From the NCBI RefSeq assembly GCF_009914755.1, contig NC_060933.1: a stretch of DNA of 64,000 bases; one strand, 5' to 3'. Below are positions 29,374-41,691 of the stretch, piece by piece (within the stretch, counting starts at the first letter, position 1; every line of letters begins with the position of its first letter). The position numbers were made by a program, and so were the translations under genes. The notes under the pieces were generated by a model. That model was not told the DNA's origin. It saw only the letters and a list, made by a program, of their open reading frames with translations, and did not search any database. Origin of the DNA: the human T2T-CHM13v2.0 reference genome, Homo sapiens.

Positions 29374-31456
29374 CTTTAAAAGGAAAAACAATATATTAAT
29401 ACAGAAAATCCCCTCAGAGCTACTGGCCACTTACAAGCTATATGTGATTTTTAAACTAGAGAAATATTTTCCTGAGTAGATGATCTCAGGCAGCATAATC
29501 TTTTACATCTTCTTGAGACAGAATCAATTATTTCTTTTCTAGCCATATCAAATTTCCTTATGTAAAATACTTCAATATTTCAGGCAAAACTATGACCCTT
29601 ATTTCAATAGAATGCTGGGCCAAATAAGACTGGTGGAAACAATGAATCTCATTGGCCACAACGGCCCCCTGAAAGAGAATGCAACTTTCATTAGTGCACA
29701 GTCAAGTTCAACTATGTTTGGAAAATATGGTCTCTATTCTCATGATGCCACCCTTTCCCCACCCCACCCACCCCCACAAAGTGGCTGGCACATTTACAAG
29801 ATGTTCTTTTTGCCCCCTGTGCACACCCACATCAGGTTTCAGAAAAGTGAAGGAAACCAGGCAGAGGCAGAAAAAACACATCCCTAATAAGGTCCTAGGT
29901 TTGCACAATGCTCCCAATACAACTGGTACAAACCTCACTCCTTATATCAAATTCCAGGTAATGGAAACGATTATCTAGTTCAATTTGAGTCTGAATCTAA
30001 ATATGATCCTAATTAAGATCATGATCACAAGATTCACACATGCACAATACTTTCAAGCAGAGTATAATTAAAATAACGCTAAAGAGACAGTCTTCTGATA
30101 TTTCCCTTTAGAAAAAAAAATACCTACACAGCTATGAAGAGTCGTTCATTGGAAGCTTCTGTAAAAGGAACAGCAGTGCAAAGGTCACCACGTAGTAGCT
30201 AAGCCACAAGCTCAAATTAAAATGGGCAAGTGTCCTATTTCCCTCTAATTTAGTTTGGGTTAATCATGCTTTAGCATTTTCACTTCCCTTCTTCCAGCCT
30301 CAGAATTAATGAGCAGTTGATTATATATTCAGTATCAGTTTGGGGAAGCTGGTTAATTTCATTTCGTGACCTCAACTTAAGTATTATACTTCAAACATAT
30401 GAAAATATTTTCATGCCAATTGCCATTCAAAATTTGTGAAAATTACAATTTCTTCTTACTTCACTGTGTTTCTTCACCTCATCCCTGCAACCTTTCCATC
30501 AGTACTTCCCTCTTCAGCATTTTGCCAATCATTTTCCGTCCAAACATTTCTTCCCACTTGTGCTATTCACCTCTGTGACTCATCTCCTCTTAAAAGAAGC
30601 TGCAAGAAACTTGCTCCCGGGCTATGCAAAACCCCCTGGCATTTGTTAAAGCCACAGAGAAGTTTATAGCTCCCTGCCACCGTATAGGAATGTCTATTAA
30701 TTTGATCCTAGATTGACATGGGAAAGCCTGGGGCATTTATGGGGACTGTTGGATTCTAGTTTGATATCATGATGAACTTGGAAAACTCTTTGATGATTGA
30801 ATAAGCTCCCAATATGCGGCCTGGGGGATCAGATCTCTGGCCTGCCCTGGGGATTAAGAGGTGAGCAAGGGCATTTTAAGGGGTTCATTCTCCAAAATGG
30901 AAAAAAAAATAGAACTCTCTCCCACACTGTGACTCCATCTCAGGAAATCTTGGACTTTTCAATGTCTGTTTCTGGACACATCCCTCAGCTTTGAGCCTTT
31001 ATCTTGTTTTTCTGTGTCTGATTCTCCCAGATTCCTATTGCAACTGTATTTACCAACTGCTCCCAGATACAGGCTTAAACAGAATCTGATTTCCAAGCCC
31101 ATCTGGATAGACATATTTGTAGCTTTACCACACCCCCACCACCTTGGGATTAGTTTATGTACTCAGATGCAGAATCTGGAAGCCAGTCTGCATAGTCGAG
31201 ATTCTGTGTTACTCTTATCACTTTCTTTTGCTACCAACAAACATTGGATTTTGCCACCTAATTTTCAGTACTCTCATCTTCCCCACTTATTCCAGTAGTG
31301 TTTTGAACTTATGATGCAAGATGAAGCTGATATCTAGATTTCCTTTCCTGTCTAGTACCCCACCTCCTCTCCTAAACCACCTTCATCAAACACAGGAACC
31401 TGCACCAAAAACTGAGTGATTGGAATCGGGACCACGTTGCTCATTCTCCTTCGGTG

Positions 31457-31527
31457 GCTCCCTCCTCCCCTCCCCTCCTCTTCCCTCCCCTCTCCTCCCC
31501 TTCCCTTCCATTCCTTTCCTTCCATTC
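31457..31527. repeat. Polypyrimidine/polypurine (C/T-rich) low-complexity tract
   Basis: CTCCCTCCTCCCCTCCCC... repeated C-runs. Confidence 0.9.
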
Positions 31528-31569
31528 TTCGTAGAACCCATAGTATATCTACTATAAAGAAGCTAATAA

Positions 31570-31790
31570 TAACTACCATTTACAAAATCTCTGCCAAATG
31601 TTAGGAAGTTCATACAAGCTCTCTCATTTAATTATCTCTCCAATCCTGAGGGGTATTAAAAACTCTTATTATATAGTTGAAGTTATTGAGAGAAGGTCTT
31701 GCATTTAGTAAGTCACCAAGTAGTCATTGAACCTTGGTTCTCTTTTATTCTAAAGTCCACATTCTTTTCACTTTGCCTCACTGTCCTGGC
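31570..31790 (-). mobile_element. MIR
   Basis: TCTCATTTAAT...CAATCCTGAG...GAACCTTGG...ATTCTAAAGTCCAC. Confidence 0.55.
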
Positions 31791-32148
31791 ACTAGGGGGA
31801 GAAGAAGCCAAAAATATGACAGTCTGGTGGTGTCAGGCAAGTAAACACTTCACCATATGTAATGCAACCTGAAAAATATTCTAATGAAAAAGTAAGTCCA
31901 AAGTACAGAAAATGCTTTATGTGCTTTGGCAGATGAGGAGGAGAGTATTCTTGCTAGGCCAGGGAGTGAGGGAGATGTAGAGGGTGCTGTCATGATGTTA
32001 AGTTCAGAGGAATGATATTTAAGCTAGTCCTTAAACAATAGGATAAATTCACAAAGCAGAAACTGAGAAACTGAAGCCAACATTTAGAGTCATTTGTACA
32101 TTTGCCTGTTTTTCTGTTTTTCTATATCCTAGTATCAGTCCCCTTTTT

Positions 32149-32653
32149 CTGTTGATTTAGTTTATTTTTATTTTTATTTTTTATTATACTTTAAGTTTTA
32201 AGGTACATGTGCACAACGTGCAGGTTTGTTACATATGTATACATGTGCCATGTTGGTGTGCTGCACCCATTAACTCGTCATTTACATTAGGTATATCTCC
32301 TAATGCTATCCCTCCCTCCTCCCCCACCCCACAACAGGCCCTGGTGTGTGATGTTCCCCTTCCTGTGTCCAAGTGTTCTCATTGTTCAATTCCCACCTGT
32401 GAGTGAGAACATGCGGTGTTTGGTTTTTTGTCCTTGCGATAGTATTGCTGCTATAAAGACACATGCACATGTATGTTTATTGTGGCATTATTCACAATAG
32501 CAAAGACTTGGAACCAACCCAAATGTCCAACAATGATAGACTGGATTAAGAAAATGTGGCACATATACACCATGGAATACTATGCAGCCATAAAAATGAT
32601 GAGTTCATGTCCTTTATAGGGACATGGATGAAGCTGGAAACCATCATTCTCAT
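32149..32653 (-). mobile_element. 5'-truncated L1PA (PA3-5-like) with 5' inversion
   Basis: Minus-strand 3'UTR 32160-32443, then a plus-strand segment 32446-32652. TSD TCCCCTTTTT at 32139-32148 and 32654-32663; EN site TTTTT/AA. Confidence 0.95.
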
Positions 32654-33518
32654 TCCCCTTTTTAAAGGCCTTGTGAATCCCATTCAAGATATGAAGTTTC
32701 TTTCCCTTTTTATTTATGGCCTTTTGTTTTTCCTCTTTATTCTATATTACTGAATTAACCTAAGGTCTCAAGCCTGAAGTTATGAAGCTACTTAAATTAT
32801 AACATCAAATTATCAGAGAAATAGAGTAGGACAATTATTTTGCATTCTTATTTTTCTTTCCTTTTGTTTCGTAAGAATGATCTATAGCACCGACAACAAA
32901 AAGTAAACTTTTAATTAGGTATATTGTAAGACATGTGAGGAAGGGTAAGATTCAGATGGCATGTGGCATGAAATAATTAGACATAAAATTTTCAAAGTAC
33001 TAAAACTATTTTAGTTACAAATTTATCTGTGATAAACTACTAAACTGGATGGGATGACTTGAATCATGAAAGATTATATTATAATTTTGGAGTGGCTAAA
33101 AATTATGTGATTGAAGTAAATGGTTTTTGAAACAAGATGGAGTACAATAACATGAATTATTAGGGTTTTTTTTTTAATAATCATAGGACTAATAAAATAT
33201 AGACTGAAAGCACATGCTTGTTGTAGAAGAGTCTCCAATTATATTTTTAAGAATCAACATATGAAGTATATATAGCAACCTGTTTAATTTTCTCTTGTAT
33301 TATTTCTCAGTATATTCCATGAATTACTATCCTCTGGATATTAATAGCATCTTATTACAGATGGGGTCCACGGTGGAATTCACCAGGTTAAATAAAACTA
33401 AACAAATTTATTTAACTTGCTATGAGAATTTTTAGACCTTTGAAATGGCTAATGAGCTTTATAATTATCCGAGAGTTTGTAATACATTTAGCTCAAACTT
33501 AACTGTGCCCAGATCTCA

Positions 33519-33582
33519 TGTGTGTGTGTGTGTGTGCGTGTGTCTGTGTGAGACAGAGAGAAAGAAAGAGGGAGAGAGAGAG
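33519..33582. repeat. Compound (TG)n-(GA)n microsatellite
   Basis: Directly visible. Confidence 0.95.
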
Positions 33583-34328
33583 TATGAAACATCGTATGAG
33601 CTAGTATTCTTTGGTATCCCAGCTTAGGAAATGCCAGTATTAAAAAAAATACAAAATAAAGTTGAAAATGAGACTGTTTGAAGAATTACAGTTGTTCAAA
33701 ATAAGAGAACACAGAAAGGGAGATTCATAAAACATATAGTTCATTTAAATAAGACTCTTTATTTGAAACACAATTAGAAAATCTTTTCTTCAATGAAGTT
33801 TGTCATGATTATGCCAGCCTATACCAATATCTCAAACATCCGAATTCCTGTAGTTCAAATTGTCAACTTTGGCACTTAGCATATTTTACATTATATTTTT
33901 AGTTCTCTTTACATGTATGTATTTCATCTTGCCAATTGGACTATGGGAGCTTATAGAACAGATGCCTTGTGATGAGTTGATTGTGGTAATTTATATGGTT
34001 TTCAGGTCAATCACATTTTCCAGTATTTTGTTCTATCAAATCATGTGTCAGACAACTCATTCCATGTGAGGTCCAAGAAGAAGGGTCATTTCATTTACAC
34101 ATTTTGGAATCTGAATTTCTAGTAGAGTGCTTTATACAAACTGAGACTTTGATAATTATCTGTCAATTGTAACTTAAACATAGTGATAGGTATTTCCTGG
34201 CTTCATGAGAGAAAACAGAAGGAATAGAATAGATTTCAGCCCTTGGAATTAACTCATATTAAACGATAACTATAAGGAATGTGAAGCCATAATATGGAAA
34301 ATTATATGTGTGTGTGAATATAAAGACC

Positions 34329-34330
<2 letters not shown>

Positions 34331-34378
<48 letters not shown>
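34331..34378. repeat. (GT)24 microsatellite
   Basis: Perfect dinucleotide run. Confidence 0.99.
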
Positions 34379-34383
<5 letters not shown>

Positions 34384-34452
34384 AACAGCAATGATCACTT
34401 TTGCTTAATTTCTCGGGGGAGGGAGAATAAATTGTTTTTGTTTTAAAAGTTT

Positions 34453-35893
34453 TCTACAAGGCTACAGTAACCAATACAACATGGTACTGGTACCAAAACA
34501 GATATACAGACCAATGGAACAGAATGGAGGCCTCAGAAATAATGCCACACATCTAGAACCATCTCATCTTTGACAAACCTGACAAAAACAAGCAATGAGG
34601 AAAGCATTTTTTATTTAATAAATGGTGCTGGGAAAACTGGCTAGCCATATGCAGAAAACAGAAACTGGATCCCTTTCTTAAACCTCATACAAAAATTAAC
34701 TTAAGATGGATTAAAGACATAAGTGTAAAACCCAAAACCATAAAAACCCTAGAAGAAAACCTAGGCAATACCATTCAGGACATAGGCATGAGCAAAGACT
34801 TAATGACTAAAACACCAAAAGCAATTTCAACAGAAGCCAAAATGGACAAATGGGATCTAATTAAACTAAACAGCTTCTGCACAGCAAAAGAAACTAGCAT
34901 CAGAGCGAACAGGCAACATACAGAATGGGAAAAAATTCTGGCAATCTACCCACCTGACAAAGGTCTAATATCCAGAATCTACAAGGAGCTTAAACAAATT
35001 TACAAGAAAAAAACAAACAACCCCATCAAAAAGTGGGCAATGGTTATGAACAGACACTTCTCAAAATAAGACATTTATGTGGCCAACAAACATATGAAAA
35101 AAAGCTGGAACATTACTGATCATTAGAGAAATGCAAATCAAAACCACCATGAGATACCATCTCACACCAGTCAGAATGGCGATTATTAAAAAGTCAGGAA
35201 ACAATAGATGCTGGCAAGGCTGTGGAGAAACAGGAACACTTTCACACTGTTGATGGGCGTGTAAATTAGTTCAACCATTTTGGAAGACAATGTAGTGATT
35301 CCTCAAGGATCTACAACTAGAAATACCATTTGACCTAGCAATTCCATTAGGGGTATATACCCAAAGGAATAGAAATCGTTTTACTATAAAGATACATGCA
35401 CACGTATGTTGATTGCAACACCAGTTACAACAGCAAAGGCATGGAACCAACCCAAATGTCCATCAATGATAGAGTGGATAAAGACAATGTGGTACATACG
35501 CACCATGGAATACTATGCAGCCATAAAAAATAATGAGTTCATGTCCTTTGCAGGGACATGGATGAAGCTGGAAGTCATCATCCTCAGCAAACTAACACAT
35601 GAACAGAAAACCAAACACTGCATGTTCTCACTCTTAGGTGGGAGTTGAACAATGAGAACACATGGACACAGGGAGGGGAACAACACGCACTGGGGCCTGT
35701 TAAGTGGTGGGGGTCAAGGGGAGGGAGAGCATTAGGACAAATACCTAATGCATGTGAGGCTTAAAACCTAGATGACAGGTTGATAGGCGTAGCAAACCAC
35801 CAAGGCACATGTTTACCTATATAACAAACCTGCACATTTTGCACATGTATCCTGGAACTTAAAAAATAAAAAATAGATAAAAAAGAAAGAAAA
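34453..35893 (+). mobile_element. L1PA8/10-like 3' 1.45 kb (ORF2 C-terminus, 3'UTR, A tail)
   Basis: ORFs [12 protein letters not shown]...KWDLIKL and WNQPKCPS; 3'UTR GCATGTGAGGCTTAAAACCTAGATGAC; no TSD found. Confidence 0.95.
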
Positions 35894-37854
35894 CAAGACA
35901 GACATGGAATTCTTGACTCCATGAAAAACACAGTGTAACAGAGAAGACTAATTTAAATGAGTATTTAATTAAAATTTATGTAATGAAACATAATTCCGTC
36001 TGAACATATATCTGGGATATCAGGAGGAGATACTCTTAGGAAATGTTTTTTAGTTGGAAATCTAAAGGATGAGTAAGATTTAGTTAACCTGAGACTTGGT
36101 GTACTCAGTTTGGGGTACGTTGGGTAAAAATTGCCTTCAAGACAACCAGGAAGGTAAGTTGAGTAGGCATTGGAACACATACGGCTAGGTTTTGTTTATA
36201 AGTGGAGCACAGGCTGGAGTTATACTCTCAGAAAATAGTCTGTAATTTAAGGCATGAGATTACAAAGAAACTTACAGAGAGAGAGAGAGAGAGAAAGACC
36301 ATAGAGGGACCAATATGGTAGTCTGGAATTTAGCCCCAAGAGTTTGAACAAGAAATGGGGTTATATTTTTAGGAATAAAGCAGATTTTAGAATAGCCAGT
36401 GTGGATTTATTTATAGAAGTACTTCACAGAGCTTCAATTTCTATGGTATTATTTTAAAACATTTTATGGGGGAAATGTTTTAAAATCTCCTTTTAGCTAT
36501 TTAATTTATATTACTTAGCTACCTAGGATTTGAGATGTGTAGTTACCTTTCCACAGATGTGGTACCTGTAAGTCTCATACAGATCATGACCTTGGACAGA
36601 GGCACAGTGAATTCCTCCAAGGTCATCTAGCTTGTGGTTTCAGCTTAATTGCAACTGGGGCAAATAACTTGTGTAACTGCCCATTTCTCATCCACCTTGG
36701 GGTATTTTGAATATTTTTTCTAAACAATTGTAAACCCTAAAGTTTAGCTGAATTTTTGCTGTATTATTATCTTTTCTGTGCTTTTCTGAGTTGTTAATTA
36801 TATTGGGAGTGTTCAGGGTTAACTTACCTTTAATTTCTATATTGTGGTAACCTTCAGAAGAAGAACTCACGGCACTGCACCCACTTTGCCTCAATTATCT
36901 GGTTCTATACCTGCACTTGTAACTAATCCTCTCATTCTATTCTCCAGCTTTCAGATGCTTGTTATTCTCTTCCCAACTGCAGTTTCCTTATGAATCCCTT
37001 TGCCTTGAAATTTTCCAAAACTGCTTAACAGGAGTGCCGTATTTAGCTTCTAAATACGTCTAATTCTCCTATACAAGATTGTTCTCTTTTCACTTGGCGT
37101 CAAGGGATTGACTGAAAATAACTATCCTTTTGTTACAAAGAAAGAAGAGCAAAACTAAAGAAATTCACTAAAATGGAGCCTTCACAATTATTTTAAAAAG
37201 AAAAGTCATAAAATGTCTGAACACCAGTAGCTTCCAAGGATGGCAGTTTTGAGGCCCTCTATTTGCTTTTTGGGAATTCCATTTTGAAGAATTGATTTGA
37301 TTTATGATGTCACATTGTGTGAGAAGGGAGAGAGGTTGAGTACTAGTCTCCAAATTTAGATTGAAGTCATAGAGACTAAAACTATTGTAAGGCTTATTTT
37401 TAGTATACACTATTATATAGCTTTTTCTTCAGTACTTTGTGTCAACAATGTAGCATTTATCATGTATTTTGATTCTTATTCAACTATCTTGTCCCCTTTA
37501 CTAGATTTGAAATATCCTTTTTTTATGGCAACCTGTGTTCATTTGTCTTTCTAGTGGACTAAGGGTCCTTTAAAAAGTAATCTACTGAATGAATAAATAC
37601 TAATTACAGAACAGGAAACCTCAGTTTTTGCTTTCAAAATCAGAACAAATTCCGGTAATTATGACAAAGAGATCTCGAAAAGTAAGCAATATAGATTTTC
37701 TAAGCATGCCTTTTCACTGGATGAAAAATGACCTTTTAGTTAACCACGCCACCTCTACCAGCGAAGGGACTCCCGAAATTGCAATATGAATTATTGATTT
37801 GGAATATTTCCTTCCTGACATTATAAGAGAATGCTGCCAATTATGAGGAACATC

Positions 37855-38105
37855 ATAGTGGCTAGTATTTATGAGCGCTTACTATGGCTTAATGCCTGAA
37901 TGGTAGTAGAAACTCAATAAATATTTGTTGAAAGAATAAATACAAAGTGGTTTATTAAGTCATTTGTAGACATAATCTCATTTAAGTATCATAATAACTT
38001 TGCAAAAATAGTTACAATACAATTTTTATTCACATTTCTCACAATAAATAAAGCTCAGAAAGATTAAGTATATTGCCCAGGATCACACTGCTGGTATGTG
38101 ACAGA
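37855..38105 (-). mobile_element. MIR, with a short plus-strand L2 tail at ~37890-37942
   Basis: ATTTATGAGCGCTTACTATG...AAGATTAAGTATATTGCCCAGGATCACAC; internal CTCAATAAATATTTGTTGAA. Confidence 0.65.
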
Positions 38106-38770
38106 AACATCTCCATAAACTATGTGGAGTGACTCTTTCCACAGAATCATAGAACCTGGCAAAACCTTGCATAAAGGGAGATTATTACTTATGAAATGCC
38201 TTTTTAGTTAGGAATCCAGAAGAATTAAAATAAGTCCTTTGCTCCACGTTACTCCAATTCTATCCTGGCCTTTTAAAAGGGAAGCAAATCAGGTGATTTG
38301 TTGTTCAATTTTACTGGGAACAAAATCAAACAACTAGGGAGAAAACCAGAGAAGAAACTAAAGCTATGGAATCAAATCAGACTGAGAGCATGATAGGAAG
38401 TGTAATATATCTCTCTGTTCCACTTTATCTACAATGAAAACAGTAAAGAACCTGTCAGCTAAATCATGAATATTATTTCCGTCATGACTAACCTGTAGAA
38501 TCGGTCCAATTCTTTTATTTGATTAGGTCATAAGCTACATGCTGTGACCGACGGCAGGTAGAGAGTTTATTACACTTTCACGTTGTTCTTGTTTCTATAA
38601 ATATGTTAGTTCCTCTGAAGAAGCACTGGACTTGTTATTCTGGCCTAATCATTTTAGACCATTATTTTCCAAAAGGATCTGGGGTTTTACAAAGGTGATT
38701 TCCTGCAGTTTTGTTTGTTTGTTTTAAGTTTTTTTGCACCACTTAATATTGCTTACATTTTTAAAATTAT

Positions 38771-39051
38771 GTTGTTGTTTTTTTTTGTAGAAGGAGTCTT
38801 GCTCTGTTGCCCAGGCTGGAGTGATCTCGGCTCACTGCAAGCTTCGCCTCCCGGGTTCACGCCATTCTCTTGCCTCAGCCTCTCGAGCAGCTGGGACTAC
38901 AGGTGCCTGCCACCATGCCTGGCTAGTTTTTTGTATTTTTAGTAGAGACAGGGTTTCACCATGTTAGCTAGGATGGTCTCGATCTCCTAACCTCGTGATC
39001 CACCTGCTCTGGCCTCCCAAAGTGCTAGGATTACAGGCGTGAGCCACCGCA
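38771..39051 (-). mobile_element. AluY-like with a small internal deletion and clipped 5' end
   Basis: GCAAGCTTCGCCTCCCGGGTTCACGCCATTCTC; GGAGTG|ATCTCGG deletion. Confidence 0.95.
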
Positions 39052-39983
39052 CTATGTGTTTTTTTATGTGTAGGTGATCTCAATATCTCATAGATATTTA
39101 ATTCAACATTTGCCATTGCATTACTAGACATAAAATATTTCATTTAACACCCAATTCTTCCAATTGATTGATGAAAATAAATCCATAATCAAAAGAATTT
39201 GATAAAAAATAATTACTTGACAGTTATTATTTTTTTTCCCAATTAACAAAAAGAGAGATAAAAATTGGAGCCACACAGACACTAAATTATTTTAATTTTA
39301 ATGTTGCATATTTATACTACAAATTTTTAATTTGTGATTCATTAAAAGTTATTAGTTATGGCTATCACTTTGCATTGCAGAAACTTTGAAAGTAGGAAAA
39401 TGTCTTAGAAGTCATTTATTCCAACTTAAAAATTTTATAGACAAATCATAAAAGGCAAATGCTAAAAATCACACAGATAAAAACCAGCATAACAAGATTT
39501 GAAGCTGGGTCTTTGGATGACTGTTTGGCGTTCCCAAGACCATTAATTTTTTAATAGTTTACACATGTATTATCAGTAATTCGATTAAGAAAATAGAGGC
39601 ATGACTCTTAAATTTCTCTGTGTTGTTCTGTAGTAAAAGAAGTAAGTGAGAGCATCATCAAGTAACCAGGTAGGAAACTGTAAGTATAGAGTTGCCCGTC
39701 TAGTGTGGCTGTGAAGAGATATTTATGGAGTTGCTACCGTATGCTACATTTCTACCATGTCCCATAATGTCACTATAAAGCAAGCACCACATAATCGCAC
39801 AAGCAGCCACGGGGTTCCAGTCAGTCTCTGTTATTGTTAGCTTTCCAATGAGACAACAAATAGGTCTTTGAAAAGCTATTCCAAATAGGTAATATGGGTG
39901 GCTACAGGAAAAGCCACAGGATGTTATCCTGCACACACCAAGACTGACATGAAATCAGGGAAATCAGAAAATTGGAGAACTCT

Positions 39984-40288
39984 GGCCAGGTGCAGTGGCT
40001 AACGCCTGTAATCCCAGCACTTTGGGAGGTCAAGGCAGGCAGATCACCTGAGGTCAGGAGTTCAAGACCAGCCTGGCCAATATGGTAAAACCCCATCTCT
40101 ACGAAAAATACAAAAATTAGCTGGGCATGATGGTGGGCAGTAGTCCCAGCTACTTGGGAGGCTGAGAATTGCGTGACCCCAGAAGGTGGAGGTTGAAGTG
40201 AGCTGAGATGATGGTGCCACTGCACTCCAGTCTAGCCCAGATGACAGAGCGAGACTCTGTCAAAGAAAACAAACAAACAAACAAAAAA
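39984..40288 (+). mobile_element. AluSx-like
   Basis: GGCCAGGTGCAGTGGC...CACCTGAGGTCAGGAGTTC; (CAAA)n tail. Confidence 0.95.
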
Positions 40289-40626
40289 CCTATATAGTGC
40301 TTTGCAGAAGTAAGAAGGGGAGAAGTCAAATCAATTATCTCTGAAAAAGAACTTTCAGAAGAGCATAAATGCATTATTATTTGGAAAAAACAAAAACGAA
40401 ATAAGTGAATTAAACCTGGAATAGGTTATCATAAATATAAGATGAATTTAGGATTTGGATAGGCCAGGGAATTTTCAAAGTTACTGAGCAAGTTGTACTG
40501 TGGTTTGGCTGCTTTTTGGTTGTGGATGTCCATAAATGATGTTTTCATTCTCAGTATGCCTTATTAGTGCTTAGAGCAATAGCTCCTGAGAGGTTCATAT
40601 TTTGACTCTAGTTTTTGGGACTGGCG

Positions 40627-41688
40627 TAGTGATACATCACCTTAGAGATTGGAATCCCTTCTGAGAAATGCATCATTAGGTGATGTCATCATTGTGCAAA
40701 CACCATAGAGTGTACTTACACAAACAGAGATGGTATAGCCTACTACACACCTAGCTATATGGTATAGCCTATAGCTCCTAGGCTACAACTCTGTACCGTA
40801 TGTTATTATACTGAATACTATAGGCAATTATAACACAATGGCAAGTATTTTTGTTTTTAAACATATCTAAACATAAAAAGGTATGGTAAAAATATGGTGT
40901 AAAAGATAAAAAATGGTGCACCTACACAGGGTATTTACCATGAATAGAGTCTGCAGGATTGAAGGTTGCTCTGGATAAATCAGTGAGTGAGTGGTGAGTG
41001 AATGTGAAGGCCCAGGACAGTACAGTAAACTACTGTAGACTTTATAAACACTGTGCACTTAGGCTACAATAAATTTATCAAATATTTCTTCAATAATAAG
41101 TTAAGCTTAGCTTACTGTAACTTTTTTCCTTTATACACTTTTTAAAATTTTTGACTTCTTACAACACTTAGCTTAAAATAAAATACATCTTAAGCCATAC
41201 AAAAGTATTTTCTTTCTTTATACCCTTTTTCTGTCAGTTTTTTCAATTTTAACAATTTTCCATTTTTTACTTTTCAAACTTTTTTTGCTGAAAATTAAGA
41301 CACAAACACACACTTAGCCTAGGCCTACACAGGGTCAGGATCATCAATATCACTGTCTCCTACCTCCACATCTTGTCCCAGGGGAAGGTCTTCAGGGGCA
41401 ATAACACACATGGAGCTGTCACCTCCTATGACAGCACTGCTTCCTTCTGGAATACCTCCTGAAGGACCTGGCCTGAGGCTGTTTTACAGTTAACTTTGTT
41501 TATCATAAGTAGAAGGAGTAAACTGTAAAATAAGAATACGATTTATAGTATAATAAATACATAAACCAGCAGCACAGTTATTTACTATCATTTTCAAGTA
41601 TTATATACTGTACATAATTATATGTCTGCCGTATCTATGTATGTGCAGTTTATCATGGACTGCAGCATCGTTGTATGGTGCATGACTG
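40627..41688 (-). mobile_element. Tigger3b-like TcMar DNA transposon
   Basis: TTCTGAGAAATGCATCATTAGG...ATAGAGTGTACTTACACAAAC; terminus GCATGACTG followed by TA. Confidence 0.85.
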
Positions 41689-41691
41689 TAT

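Noticed and set aside
34453-35893. This piece as the missing 3' end of the 4936-9608 L1 (inversion)
   Set aside because: Subfamily mismatch (PA8/10-like versus PA5-like), and the expected TSD AAGATTCAATG does not follow its tail.
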